The notes under the pieces were generated by a model. It was not told the origin of the DNA. It made no database searches and saw only the letters and a list, made by a program, of their open reading frames with translations. A program made the position numbers and the translations under genes. A stretch of DNA of 64,000 nucleotides, from NCBI RefSeq assembly GCF_018350175.1, contig NC_058368.1:28026001-28090000 (forward strand). Reading direction: 5' to 3'. Of the stretch, positions 23,587 to 36,468 are shown piece by piece. This DNA is from Felis catus. Lineage: Eukaryota. The first letter of the stretch is position 1; the number at the start of each line of letters is the position of its first letter.

Positions 23587-26556
23587 CAGGAGTTGGGTAC
23601 CTAAGAGACCTTTCTGAAATGCTTGGCTGTACATGCTCTGAACGGCTTCTGAATTGTTGGGTGTTATTTTCAGTTGGAATAGAAGTGTGATTCTTAGCTG
23701 AATGGGTGATGTCCTTCAAAAGTCTTCCAAAAAAATGATTATAATATAAATCTTCAGACTTTGTGGTAGATGGCTTTTTACTAAGGAGATATTTTGAGTG
23801 TATATATGCATGTCTTCCAGTGGTTGGAGAAGTGATTTCAATATAGACTGAAATGATTTGCCTATTTGCCAGAATGTTAAAATAGGTCTCTTCGTGGTTC
23901 AGAAATACAAAAATGTGAGGCAGGCACTTCCACGTGTGGGATTTCAGCACACTTAGAACCCCTTCAACTGGGTATCAACCATGAGGACCAGTGCCTAACC
24001 CACTTGAGAGGAAGTTGCTGGTGGCAGTGATGGAGAGCGACTGCATTGCCAGTCACCTATATTACCAGAACTTTTAGGGGCAAAGTATTTGTGAGCATTT
24101 CCTATGGACTAGACTTGGGCCCGGCAGGTGACAGAGTCATCGTGAAGTGAATATTTCCTCACAGTAATCACAGTTGGCTAAACAAGTTTCAGTCTGTGTA
24201 AAGGTTTGCTATAAAATCCTTAGCATACCGTTTAAATCTTGGAAATCCAGGCTTTTGCTTTTATAAATGCGGGAACTAAGACGCAGTGAATGATCTCCTC
24301 AAGGCCATGGTAGTACAACTTAGAAACTAAAACATTCAGCAGAAAGAACTACAGCTAGAATTTCTGCGTGAGCCAGCAGCCTGCCAATGCAGACCAAATC
24401 TAGGTTAACACATGGTGTCTACAACTTTCCAATACCGACTGTTCACGTGCACCGGGAAGCTTGCATATTCTTCAGCAAGCGACAGGTCCTGAGCACAAGC
24501 TCACAGAGTTAAATGCACAAAGGTGACACTAACTTACCGTTGCCTCAGGATGTGCTTTATATTGTTTTGTTAATAGATGCGATGGACTTGTTTTGATTCT
24601 ATATTTATGATGGATGGGGAAGGGGCGCCATGTGCTAGGTCTAACTTTTGGACCTGGATGCCTGCCTGAAGCAATCTGATTGAAGTGGCATGGAATGTAA
24701 GATGGGGATTCACGACTTCTTGTCAGAGGCCAGGAGCCTTTTCAAGTCTTCCCCTTGCTGCCACAACAAAACTGCATTACATCCCCAAGAGGATGCATTT
24801 CGCCATTACCCAGTCAGTGTGAAGAAGGAGCCAGAAAGGCAGAGCCACCAAAGTCACATAGACCGCTTTAAACACCCAGACCTTGGAATAATAGGCTTCC
24901 AATAGAACGACGATTCATGTTTTCACATCTAACTGTATTGCACTGTATTTCGCAAGTTTACAGTCATCTGGATCAATCTTGCGAAGATGTCCAAAGGCTT
25001 GAAATCCATAAAATGATTTGTCATTTACCTTCCAGATTCCTATACTTTTTCCTTTTGCATCAAAACCGTTAGATGGGAAACACAGATCCTTCAACTCATC
25101 CTCTGATAAATAACAGAAGAGCTGGCCGAGAAGGGGTAAAAGCATATGATTTTCTAAAACAGAACACTTCTTTTCATAGGCAGCGGGCCTTCTAGGAATA
25201 GCTATATATAGTTTTTAAAATCCTAAGTATTACATCTGGAGGGATTTCAAAGGAAGGTAAGTAAACAAACAAACGCTTCACTGTGTCCTGTAGACTTTCC
25301 CTTTAGTTTAACGAGCATTTCCATTGTGTGACCTGCTTTTCATCAAGCTGTTCTCTAGTCAGTGACCACATTAACCTGTATTTAAATTTTTGCAAGACCA
25401 GGCCAGGTCACAAACAGTAACAGACATCCTGGGATGGCTTTTGTATCACACTGGCCCCTCGTTTGTTTCTTTTTTCCTTTCAACCCCACAGAAATCCACG
25501 CAAATGGGAAGGCCCTTGCCGGCCGCATGATTTATTACTCAGTCTCTGCCAGATCCCTACACTTCATTTGAATATTTGCAGTCACATGCAAGTTGTGCCT
25601 GGTGCTCTGTATCTTGAACGCAGGAATCTTTACTGCACTAACTGAGACGTATTATTCACCACTCTGGAGGTAGCAGAAGGATTGATTTATCCTGGTGCGT
25701 ACTGCTCGCCCAGCAGCTGTTAGATTCAGAATCATTTGCTTAGAAAATCCATCAGAATTAAAGAGCAAATTTCAAAATAAATTGTTATCATTTTCATCTG
25801 CAGCCTGGCTGCATGCACTGTGGGAAATACAGAGATCCCTTTGCCCAAACGTTTCTTTGAACCTCTTCTTAGTAACAACAGTTATGAAAGCAAGTGCCTC
25901 GGGAGTTTTTCCAGTGACAACAGCCAATGTTGCCTCAGGATGTTGAGGTGGGCTTTCAACTTCATCTGATTTATGTTAACGACAAGCCAGCTCATCAAAA
26001 TGAGTCAGAACTCTTGAATCATTGTCGGTCTCCAGCTCTGAAGGAGCAAACAGTCTGGAAATGGAAAATGGTGCTCATCTACCCTGCAGAATATTGATGG
26101 GAGTCTGGCCCCATGCTCTCCCTCACACAGTAAGGCCAACCTTTTTGGAAGCAACCCCACTGCTTGGACTTTTCCGTGTTGGAAATGTTGAGTAGCTCCT
26201 GTCTCCTGGTCCATTCAGCTTACATATCCTTCCAAAGCATCCTTCGAGACGACCAGGGTTATTAGAGTCATTTAAAGAGGAATATCAGATTCAGAGAGGA
26301 AGTCACCTGCAGCAATTTGGTGGCAAATGTGAAGCAAAATGGTCAGAAGTGTACTTAATCCAGCCCCGTTGTTAGTCCATGGTCAATCACTTTGCCTCCG
26401 TAGACTTTATGTAAATATATTTTTCTGAACTGTCCTGATGTGATGTGCCTTCAGTGGCTTATCAATTTAATTAAAATCTTGACATCAGGAACACCCACTC
26501 TCATCCTTTAGCTAAATATAGGCAGTGTGCCTAGTGGTAAAGACCCTGAAGCTTGC

Positions 26557-27766
26557 TTGCGTGCTTTATTATTTATTTATTTATTCATTCATTCATTCAT
26601 TCATTCATTTGTTTACATCCAAGTTAGTTAACATCTAGTGCAATAGTGATTTCAGGAGTAGAATCCAGTGATTCATCCCCTGTGTATAATATTCAGTGCT
26701 CATCCCAACAAGTGTCTTCCTTAATGTCCCTTACCCATTAAGCCCATCCTTCGACCCACAACCCCTCCAGCAACCCTCAGTTTGTTCTCTATATTTAAGA
26801 CTCTCTTCTGGGGCGCCTGGGTGGCACAGTCGGTTAAGCGTCTGACTTCAGCCAGGTCACGATCTCGCGGTCTGTGAGTTCGAGCCCCGCATCAGGCTCT
26901 GGGCTGATGGCTCAAAGCCTGGAGCCTGTTTCCAATTCTGTGTCTCCCTCTCTCTCTGCCCCTCCCCCGTTCATGCTCTGTCTCTCTCTGTCCCAAAAAT
27001 AAATAAATGTTGGAAAAAAAAATTTAAGACTCTCTTCTGTTTTGTCCCCCTCCTTGTTTTTATATTAGTTTTGCTTCTCTTCCGTTGTGTTCATCTGTTT
27101 TGTATCTTAAAGTCCTCATATGAGTGAAGTCTTATGACATTTGTCTTTCTCTGAATGACTAATTTCACTGAGCATAATACCCTCTAGTTGTAGAAACTAG
27201 AAAAGTGTCTATTCATGTTTTTTGCTCATTTCTTCATGGGATTATTTATTTTTTTGGTGTTGAGTTTGATAAGCTCTTTATAGATTTTGGATGCTAACCC
27301 TTTATCTGATATGTCATTTGCAAATACCTTCTCCCATTCAGTTGGTTGCCTTTTAGTTTTGCTGATTGTTTCCTTCGCCATGCAGAGGCCTTTTATCTTG
27401 ACGAGGTCCCAATAGTTCAGTTTTGCTTTTGTTTCCCTGGCCTCTGGAGATATGTTGAGTAAGAAGTTGCTGAAGCCAAGGTCAAAGAGGTTTTGCCTGG
27501 TTTCTCCTCGAGGATTTTGATGGCTTCCTATCTTACATTTAGGTCTTTCATCCATTTTGAGTTTATTTTTGTGTATGGTGTAAGAAAGTGGTCCAGGTTC
27601 ATTTTTCCACATGTCCCTGTCTAGTTCTCCCAACACCATTTGCTGAAGAGTCTGTATTTCATTGGATATTCTTTCCTGTTTTGTCAAAGATTAGTTGGCC
27701 ATACGTCTGGAGGTCCATTTCTAGGTTCTCTATTCTGTTCCACTGATCTAAGTGTCTGTTTTTGTG
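26557..27766 (-). mobile_element. 5'-truncated carnivore L1 with an internal deletion of about 500 bp, inserted in a MIR
   Basis: ORF2 motifs [22 protein letters not shown] and HKNRHLDQWNRIEN. (TTTA)/(TTCA) tail. Degenerate TSD aagaccctgaag (26540) / aagaccctggag (27767). Confidence 0.95.
26810..27021 (+). mobile_element. Young felid SINEC nested antisense in the L1 3' UTR
   Basis: Perfect 17-bp TSD atttaagactctcttct (26793-26809 / 27022-27038). Confidence 0.98.
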
Positions 27767-28120
27767 AAGACCCTGGAGTTTTGCAGTGAGATTCCTTTGT
27801 AATTTCTCCCCCACCATTTCCCCACTTCGTGATCTCAGGCACAGTATTAGGTTCAACCATATGAGGCTGCCACATCTGTAAGGTCAAACATGGTCAACGA
27901 TTTGCAATTTCAGATGGTTCAACCTTAATTTTTCTAAATTCTAGTTTCCTCTTCTGGGAAAAGAGGAAACATAAAAGAACCTACTTTGTGGGCTTGCTAT
28001 GAAAATTGAACGAGATGATACCTGTCAAAATTTAGTGTTGTGCTTGGCACAGCGTGAGTGTTGGATGCTTGTTTGTTTGTTTGCTTGCTTTTTGTTTTGT
28101 TTGTTTGCTTGCTTTTGGAG
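27767..28120 (+). mobile_element. MIR 3' portion (5' start at about 26521) with (TTTG/CTTG)n tail
   Basis: ggcagtgtgcctagtggtaaag left of the L1; agtttcctcttctg...acctactttgtgggcttgctatgaaaattgaacgagatgat...cttggcacagcg right of it. Confidence 0.7.
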
Positions 28121-28449
28121 TTCTTTTGAATGTCAGATGTTTTTATCATAGAGAGTAGGAGTATTAATGAGGATTTCCCATTCTAGGTGTGCCAGACTTT
28201 AGTTGAGTCTGCTGATGTAGTCATTGTGGTCAGATTTTAGTGTTCATGTCTGTTGTGCTGTTTTTCAATATGGAAATATATATCTGTACTGTTTGTAACA
28301 TGTTAAATATCTGAAATCTGACTTACAAACTGTACCTAGAGAACTCAACACTGAGTTAAATTTCAAATAAAACAAGGCTGTCATTGTTTAGAAAGCATTT
28401 TCACTATATCCTTCCCATTTAAAACCCTTCAAAAATAACTCGATACTGT

Positions 28450-28537
28450 CATGGGGCTCAATCTATGAACCATGAGATCATGACATGAGCCAAAATCAAG
28501 AGTCGGACACTCAACCAACTGAGCCACCCAGTGCCCC
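28450..28537 (-). mobile_element. SINEC tRNA-like head only, without CT region or A tail
   Basis: catggggctcaatc...gagatcatgac...agtcggacactcaaccaactgagccacccagtgcccc flanked by ataactcgatactgt / ataactcagtgctgt. Confidence 0.85.
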
Positions 28538-30469
28538 ATAACTCAGTGCTGTTTTAAATTCCATTTATTGGGTCCTTGGTGAGATTGAGCATTTTCCCAT
28601 ATGTTTATTGGTTGTTTATACTTCAACTAGAACTGTTTGGGGGTCCAAATACACCTGCTGAAGGAGGGGAGGTGAGTGAGTCTCAGACTCTTTGGTAGAC
28701 CTTCTGGAATGTTACCATTTCCCTTCTGTCTGGCCATATCCACTCTGCTCTTCTCCATTATATCCTCTCTCCTCAGGGTCTGATCCAGGCACATAGTGTA
28801 TACCCCCTTCTTTAGGATAATTTATTTTCTCTCTGAATCATCATCACAGGTAAGACTCAAGTAGAGAGGGCAAAGATATCTTGGTTCTGGATCCTAGCTC
28901 TTCTCAGGTAACATGGCATTGGAGCAGAAAACAGTGGTGACCATGTCTAATTTTTTAAATGCTACTGTTGAGCAAAAGAAATAAAATACCAGTACTGCTA
29001 TTTTGCTTCAATATGCAAGTTAATGGGTAGCCTTGGTCCTGAGATGTGTATTTTCTCACCCAAAGCAACAAGGCAATCATGGTGCTCAGCCTGAAGTTTT
29101 TCCCTCATCTAAAAACAAAAATTAAAAAAAAACCCAAAACAAGAAAACAAAACAAAACAAAAACCCCACAAAAACATTTCATAGCTCCTTCTTTCCTCTA
29201 GAAAACACCTTGACAGTAATAATCATTGAGCTGCATGACATTTGTGTCAGCCATGGCTCCAACATTGATTTCATATAATTTGAACAGGCTAAACAACTAA
29301 TAGTCAAATGCTAAATTACGTGGTATAGACTCTGAGTACTGTAAACGTTCAGGGAATAGATGAGCCATGGATGGCTTTACAGAAGAGCTAGGACTCAAGT
29401 TCTTTCTACTGAGGAATCCAGAAGATGGTGTCTTTTCTATGTTCAGCTTCTATTCTTGGCTCTGTTTTATGAAGTCTGGCTTCTTCTCAGAAACCTTAGA
29501 AATACTGGCATTTTTTATTTTCTCAAAGCAAATGAAAACTCAGTTTTGAGTTTCAGGATACTGGGCTCCATAACTTACCCTCCTCATGATACCAAATCAT
29601 CCTCAGCCCTAGAGCTGGGCTCATGGCTCTAATCTAAGCAACCCTCGTTGACCTCATCCAGTCTGTCTCTTGGCTCCCCTGACAAGCTAACCTCTGCTCC
29701 TTTTGTGAATGCCACTGCTTCCCTTCTTCTTCCTCCTCCTTCTCCTTCTTTTTATTCAAAATCTCCACATTTCCACCTGACTCCATTTCTAATTCCATCT
29801 AACTCCGGTCATCCAATCACTCAGACTGACCTAACACAGCTAACTATGTCAGCAAAATGGTGGTTTGGAGTTTTTGTTTTGGTGTGATGGAATGGTGGTT
29901 TCTGTCATTTATTTTCTTACATGTTTTCATGTATGTGCTCCTGACTGCCCCAATAAATACAAAACTCTTCAGGAGCAGGAGCAGTGCCTTCTTTTGCTCT
30001 AATGTTCCCCATAGTGCTCAGTGCTCTGCACACAGTGGGTGCCCCAGAGTTGCTGCTGACTGATGGATATAATGAAGGCTTCAACAGCTTGATGAGCCAA
30101 TGGACCACAAAGTGGTGTAATCACACTGCTGATTGCCTCAACCCCCAAACTCTGGGCAGAAAGCCAAAGCCCACCCAAGATGTTGTAATGGTCTTATAAT
30201 GACACAGTATTTGTTTACAAGGCTTCTTAAGAGAAACTCAATTGGTAGCATCTAAAGCCTTCTAGACATATTGTCTGATTAGCCTTCCTATTGTGTCTCT
30301 GGAGTGATCTAACCCTCTATAGAAAAGGAGCAGCCACGGAGGGTATGGGACCTGCTTTATGTGTGTCTTTGATGGCATTTGTAAGACAACTGATAGAGAA
30401 ACCTCCTATTTCCCTACTCCTGGAAGCCTTCTTTTGTCTCTTTGGCCAGTGGCAATCATTCCATTTTTT

Positions 30470-30667
30470 TAATGTTTAATTTTGAGAATAAATAAACCAA
30501 GAGGGGCAAGACAGGGAGGGGCAGAGAGAGACTGAGGGGAATGCAGAATCCGAAACAGTCTCCAGGCTCCAAGCTGTCCGCACAGAGCCCGATGTGGGGC
30601 TCGAACTCACAAACCTTGAGACCACGACCTGAGCCAAAGTCAGACACTTAACGGACTGAGCCACCCG
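30470..30667 (-). mobile_element. CAN-SINE lacking about 10 nt at its 5' end
   Basis: Perfect 15-bp TSD atcattccatttttt (30455-30469 / 30668-30682). Confidence 0.96.
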
Positions 30668-31319
30668 ATCATTCCATTTTTTAAAACTCTTATTGTGTCT
30701 ATTGTCTGGGACACACAAATTGGTCTTTGATATTTATAGCAATACGTAAATAATGGCAGTCAATAACAATGACCAATAATAACAAAGAGGTAAGAGATTC
30801 CTGTTAATTATCCTCTGAAGCAGAGTTCACAGACACCTTTTCTTTTTAGTTTTTGCCTAAAATTAAATGGCAATTAGCAAGCAACAATTCCCATTCTTGG
30901 CCAGCAATTGACCACTGAGATGAAGTAAGTTCATATCCTTTTAAGTCTGTCACGGCAGCTCTCTTCTCTCTTCCCCCTGCAAATAGATGTTAGCTAGTTG
31001 GAAACACGGGAAGTTCCAACCATTGGGTAGTGATGATATTAAGGCACTTAACTTGTTTTTGTACATCTGATATGTTTCCATGGCAATAACAGTTGGAAGC
31101 CAGCAACTGAGAAGTAAGAATTCTGGTTTTTCCCCAGCTTCTGGCTGTTGACAAAGAGCCAGATTTTCAGACAAGCTGAAGAATCTCAGGATCTTTGATC
31201 TGGTGCACTTGTCATACTTCGTTAAAATAAAGATCACATAGTTCCTTTTTTGTGACCTTCTATTAATCTTCATGACTGTCAACTAATATTTAGGTCTCCC
31301 CCCACAGATTGAGGAGTTG

Positions 31320-31560
31320 GCCCCATGTAGTAAAGGAAACAGTTCTGAGCCTGTAGTCGGAATATCTGGGCTCAAATCTCACAAATTCTAGTGGTGGGAA
31401 CTTGGACAAATTAGCTGGACTCTCAGAATCTCCATTTATTAACTAGAAGGCAGATTATTATTTACAAGGTGATTATAAGCATTACATGAAAGAAAATATG
31501 GAAAGCATTTTATATAGGGTACACCGTAATGAATGTCTATTGGACCTTAGTGAAGAAATG
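31320..31560 (+). mobile_element. MIR SINE
   Basis: tctgggctcaaatctc...acttggacaaatta...ctctcagaatctccattta...acaaggtgattataagcattacatga. Confidence 0.7.
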
Positions 31561-31696
31561 GGAAAGCAGAATAGTATGTATTTGTTTCCACCTCCACCTA
31601 CCCCCACCCTCATGGACTTTTCCTCATCGACCTGAGAGGCAACACTCCCTTTTAACATTTTGTTGTAATCTTTGACCCAAAATAATTTCATGATAT

Positions 31697-32241
31697 GTAT
31701 TAGTTTCCTCTTGCTGCTGTAACAAATTACTCCAAACTTAGTGATTTAAACTACACAAATTGATTACCTCAGCATCTATAGGTCAGAAGTGCTGCTCATC
31801 ATGGCTGGATTCTCTGCTCAGGGTCTCATAAGGTTGAAATCAAGGTATTGGCTGGACAGCAGTTCACATCTGGGATTCAGTGTCCTTTTCCAAGCTCACT
31901 GGTTGTTGGTTGAGTTCAATTCCTTCTCACACTTTCCAAGGATATGGATCCTTCTATCTCTGAGCCAGGGACTGTGCCTCAAATCCTTGTCATGCATTGA
32001 ATCTCTCACATGTCTCTGGCACTGAGGTAGGAGAAAGTTCTGCTTCCCAGAGCTCATGTGACTACATTGGATCTAACTAATTCAGGGTAATTTCCCATGT
32101 TAAGGTCAGCTGATTCATGGCTTAATTACAACTGCAAAGTCCCTTGGCCACATAGCACAGCATATTCAAGGATGAAGAATATTTCATATTCATATTTCAC
32201 CAGACAGTGAAAGTTGTGGGGACCAAAATTCTGCTGAGCAT
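31697..32241 (-). mobile_element. MLT1-family (MaLR) solo LTR
   Basis: tgtattagtttcctcttgctgctgtaacaaattac...aggttgaaatcaaggt...ccaagctcact...ttaaggtcagctgatt...ctgcaaagtccc. Confidence 0.85.
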
Positions 32242-34847
32242 ATGATGTGTCATATAGAAAAGGAATATAAGTTCATCCACTTTATCCGTTGCAAGTGGGG
32301 AACTGGAAAATGATGTGAAATAACTATGATCACCTAACTGTCTAGGAACAGAACCAAAATGACCCAACTTCCCTCTACATACGTCTGGTAGCCTTGTGAT
32401 CTCCACACCGAACATCCTGGATCCTACTCTCTCCTCAATCATATTTCCAGCCTCAGCATCAGCCACCTGCTTTCTTACCTGCCATCTTGTAATTCAATTT
32501 GATGGCAAGAAAAATAAAATTCAGAAAATAAAAAAACCTCAGTGCCTGCTGTGAAGACCACATACTTAGGTACATGACAGAGAGTGCGCAGAAGACTAGG
32601 GAACTTCCTGCCCTACCTCTTCCGTTCCAGAAAGCAGCTCCCCAGCCTTGTTGGATACAACCACAGACAGACATGAGCCAGGACACGTCACAAGCACTGC
32701 TGACGCAGAGGCTTGTGGTACTGGTCTGGGGTGGCTATGTCAAATATCACATCACCACAATGTACGTTATACACGTCTCACAATTTTATTGGGAGGCTCA
32801 CACTGGAGACAGATTTTTGGTGATGTGACAATCGGTGGCGGACAGGCTTCTCAGACTGCTCTTCGTGAAAACGCTTTCAGAGAACCTCACGTTCTCTGGA
32901 ATATTTTCTGAAAGTCATGGGGCCAAGGAAGCTCCATTCCCAATTTTTCTATCCACAACCAACAGCATGGTACCTTTGTTTAGCCAGTAAGAAGTCTGAG
33001 TGTAAAGAAAGTTGGCCAACCAGTGAAAAGAAAAAATCTGGGCTAACTAAATACGCGGAATCAAAGATCCCCAGCACTTTGCCTAAACCATCAAGTTGAT
33101 GCAGACATGCGTGTGCTAAGAGGGTTCCAGAAGCATGGTGACAATTATTCATGAGGAGGAGAGCCCCTCCCTTTCAGCTCTGTGTTTCACAGGAAAACCG
33201 GTGAAGATGCGGGGGTGGGGGGGCGGGCAGGTGGAATTTCAGAGATGTTACAAATAAGATTATGATCAAATAGAAAATTTCCCAGAAATGTTTACCTGAT
33301 CTTTGAACTACTGTCTTCTCTAAGTAGGTCAGGAAATAAGGCTAAAGTGAAAATGTGGAAAGAGGAAATGGTCCCTCAGGTCCCAGCACAGAGCCCTGTA
33401 CACTGGCCTCACACACTGATGCTCTACAAGTGAGTGTGTTATTCCTTCAGGGAAAGGATCTTGGGCTACAAATCTGCTTCAGTGCAGCTCTCGTGAAGCT
33501 GCATTTTACATCTTACCACTTGGAGTGCGTGTCCATGAGAATGGGCAAAGCCCAGACCAACTCTCTCCTGTTTATTTTCTAACAATACTTTATTCTCTTG
33601 GAAAACAAACATCCCCAAAGCCCCCAAGAACATTTGCGTTGTGGTTGATGATGTGATCACTGAGGAATACTCTTGCTCACTTTATAAATATTGCTTTGAC
33701 TCAGAGAACACCTATCTCTTGAAAAAGACCCCCTTCCTCAGAATATTGTCTGTGTTTCCTCAGGGCACTATAGATAAACCAAGTCACAAAGGCTAGAGAC
33801 TGAGTAGTATGATGTTCATTCCCCATGGGAGAGAGCCATTTGACGCAAAGCAAAGTTTGGATTTCTAACAGTAGCCCTAGTGATATTTCATGAATTTGGA
33901 GGTTGCATGAGGCGGTATTTACCCACTACCATTACAAACAAAAAAATTTAAAAAAAATCAGTGGCATGTGAGAAGAAATTAAATCTCATTCTTTCTCTAA
34001 GCTAAAAATAGGAATTCCTTGTTAAGCATTTCTCCTGGGTGTCTCTCCTTCAGTGGAGGGAGACTTTGGGATCCAGCCTCCACCTTGTTGTCACCATCCA
34101 CTACATCTTCAAAGCTCACCCCATTCGACTGGCAGGTGGAGGAAAGTAAGAGAGCCGTGGTTTCCAGACTGTGCACAAACACAACTGGTGTGCTGCGGTG
34201 AATTCACAGGGGTGTCACAAGCTCTTTGAAAATGTTGGAGCAAACCCAGCAAAAATCAGCATCTTCTGGACACTGCAAAAACCACTGGCTCAAGGTGGTT
34301 GCAATTTGATCATTATATCAGGCTACCCTCATTTCTACAATGCTACATTATTTTCCTGAATATGATTGACATATAACATTGTGTGAGGTTAAGATGTACA
34401 ACATATTGATTTGATACATTTGCATATTGCAATCTGATTACAACTGTAGTGTTAGCTGACACTTCTATCACACCACATAATTATTTTTTGTGGTGGGAAC
34501 AGTTAAGATCTAATCTCTTAGCAACTTTGAAGTTTATAACAGGGTATCATTGCCTATAATCACTATGCTATGCATTAACTCTCCAGGACTTCTTTATCTA
34601 CTGGTTCCCCAGTTTGTGCCCTTAAACAACATCTCCCCAATCCCTCCACTCCAGTCCCTGGTAAGCACCATTCTAATTTTCTTTTGCAAGTTCAGTTTTT
34701 TTTAGATTCCACAAACAAGTGATACCATACAATATGTGTTTTTCTCTGTCTGACTTCTCTCACTTAGCATAATGCCCCCAAAGTCCATCCGTACTATTGC
34801 AAATGGCAGGATTTCATTCTTACTTGTGGCTGATTAATATTCCATTA

Positions 34848-34970
34848 TGTGTGTATATCTATATGTACCTATATACAGATATCTATATCTATACCTATAT
34901 ATACCTATATCTATATCTATGTATATCTCTGTATAGATATCTGTATCTATATGTCTCTATATATATCTCA
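34848..34970. repeat. Degenerate (TATATC)n / TA microsatellite inside the L1
   Basis: Read directly from the sequence. Confidence 0.85.
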
Positions 34971-36265
34971 CAACTTCTTTATCCATTCATCTATTGGCAG
35001 TCACTTAGGTTCTTTCCACAGTTTGGCTATTGTGAATAATGCTGCAATAAACAAGGGAGTGCATATTTATCTTTGAACTTCTGTTTTCATTTCCTTTGGC
35101 TGTATATCCAGAATTGGAATTGCTGAACCATATAGTAGTTCTATTTTTTTTATGGAACTTCCATATTTTCTATAGTTGCTGAACCAATTTACATTCCCAT
35201 CAACCCAACAAGGGTTCTCTTTTCCCCACATCCTCACCAACACTGATCTCTTTTCTTCTTGATGATAGCCATTCTAACAAGTGTGAGATGACACCTCATT
35301 GTGGTCCTGCTTTTCATTTCCCTGATTAGTGAAGTTTAGCATGTTTGCATGTACCTGCTGGCCATTTGAATGTCATCTTTGGAAAAATGTCTACTTAGTT
35401 CCTCTGCTCATTTTTTAATTGGATTGTTTGTTTGTTTGTTTGTTGTTATTGAGTTGTATGGGTTCTTTACAGGTTTGGATATTAACCTCTGATCTGATAT
35501 CTTTTCAGAATATTTGCAAGTATTTTCTCCATTATGGAGGTTGTGTTTTCATTTTGAAATTTTTTTCTTTTGCTATGCAGAAGCTTTTTAGTTTGATGTA
35601 GTTCTATTTGTTGATTTTTGCATTGGTTGCTTGAGCTGTTGGCATCATATGCAAAAAGTCACTGCCTGGTCCAATGTCAAGGAGTTTCTTCCCTATGATT
35701 TCTTCTAGGAGTATTACAATATCAAGTCTTATGCTAAGTCTTTAACCCATCACTAGTTAATTTTCATGAGTGGTGTAACATAGGGGTCCAATTTTATTTT
35801 CCTTCATGTGGCTGACCTGTTTTCTCAACACAATTTACTGAAGAGACTGTCCTTTCCTCATTGACTGTTCTTGGGTCCCTTGTCAAATATTAGATGATCA
35901 GATGTGCAGGGATTTATTTCTGGGCTCTTGATTCTGTTCCATTGGTCTATGTGTCTATTTTTATGCTGTACCATACTATTTTAATTACTATAAGTTTGTA
36001 GCATTGCTTGAAATCAGAAAGTGTGATGCCTGGCTGCTTTTGAAACTCTTTATTTTTTATTTTTGACAGTTTCATTGTAATGTCTTGGAGAAAGTCGTTT
36101 TGTGTTAAGATAATAGGGCAATCTATTAGCTTTGTAAAGTCAGATATACAGTTATTTTCCCAGGTTTGGGAAGTTCTCAGATATCATTTCTTTAAATAAA
36201 TGGCCTGTTCCCTTCTCTCTTTGTTCTCCTTTCATAAGACCGATTATTCAAATATTTGTTCTTTT

Positions 36266-36468
36266 TTTTAATTTTTATATTTGTTTTTGAGACAGAGACA
36301 GAGCATGAGTAGGGGAGGGGCAGAGAGAGGGAGACACAGAATCTGAAACAGGCTCCAGGCTCTGAGATATCAGCACAGGGCCTGATGTGGGGCTCGAACC
36401 CACAAACCATGAGATCATGGCCTCAGCCAAAGTCAGACATTCAGTTGACTGAGCCACCCAGGCGCCCC
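36266..36468 (-). mobile_element. CAN-SINE nested in L1 ORF1
   Basis: TSD aaatatttgttctttt (36250-36265 / 36472-36487). Confidence 0.96.
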
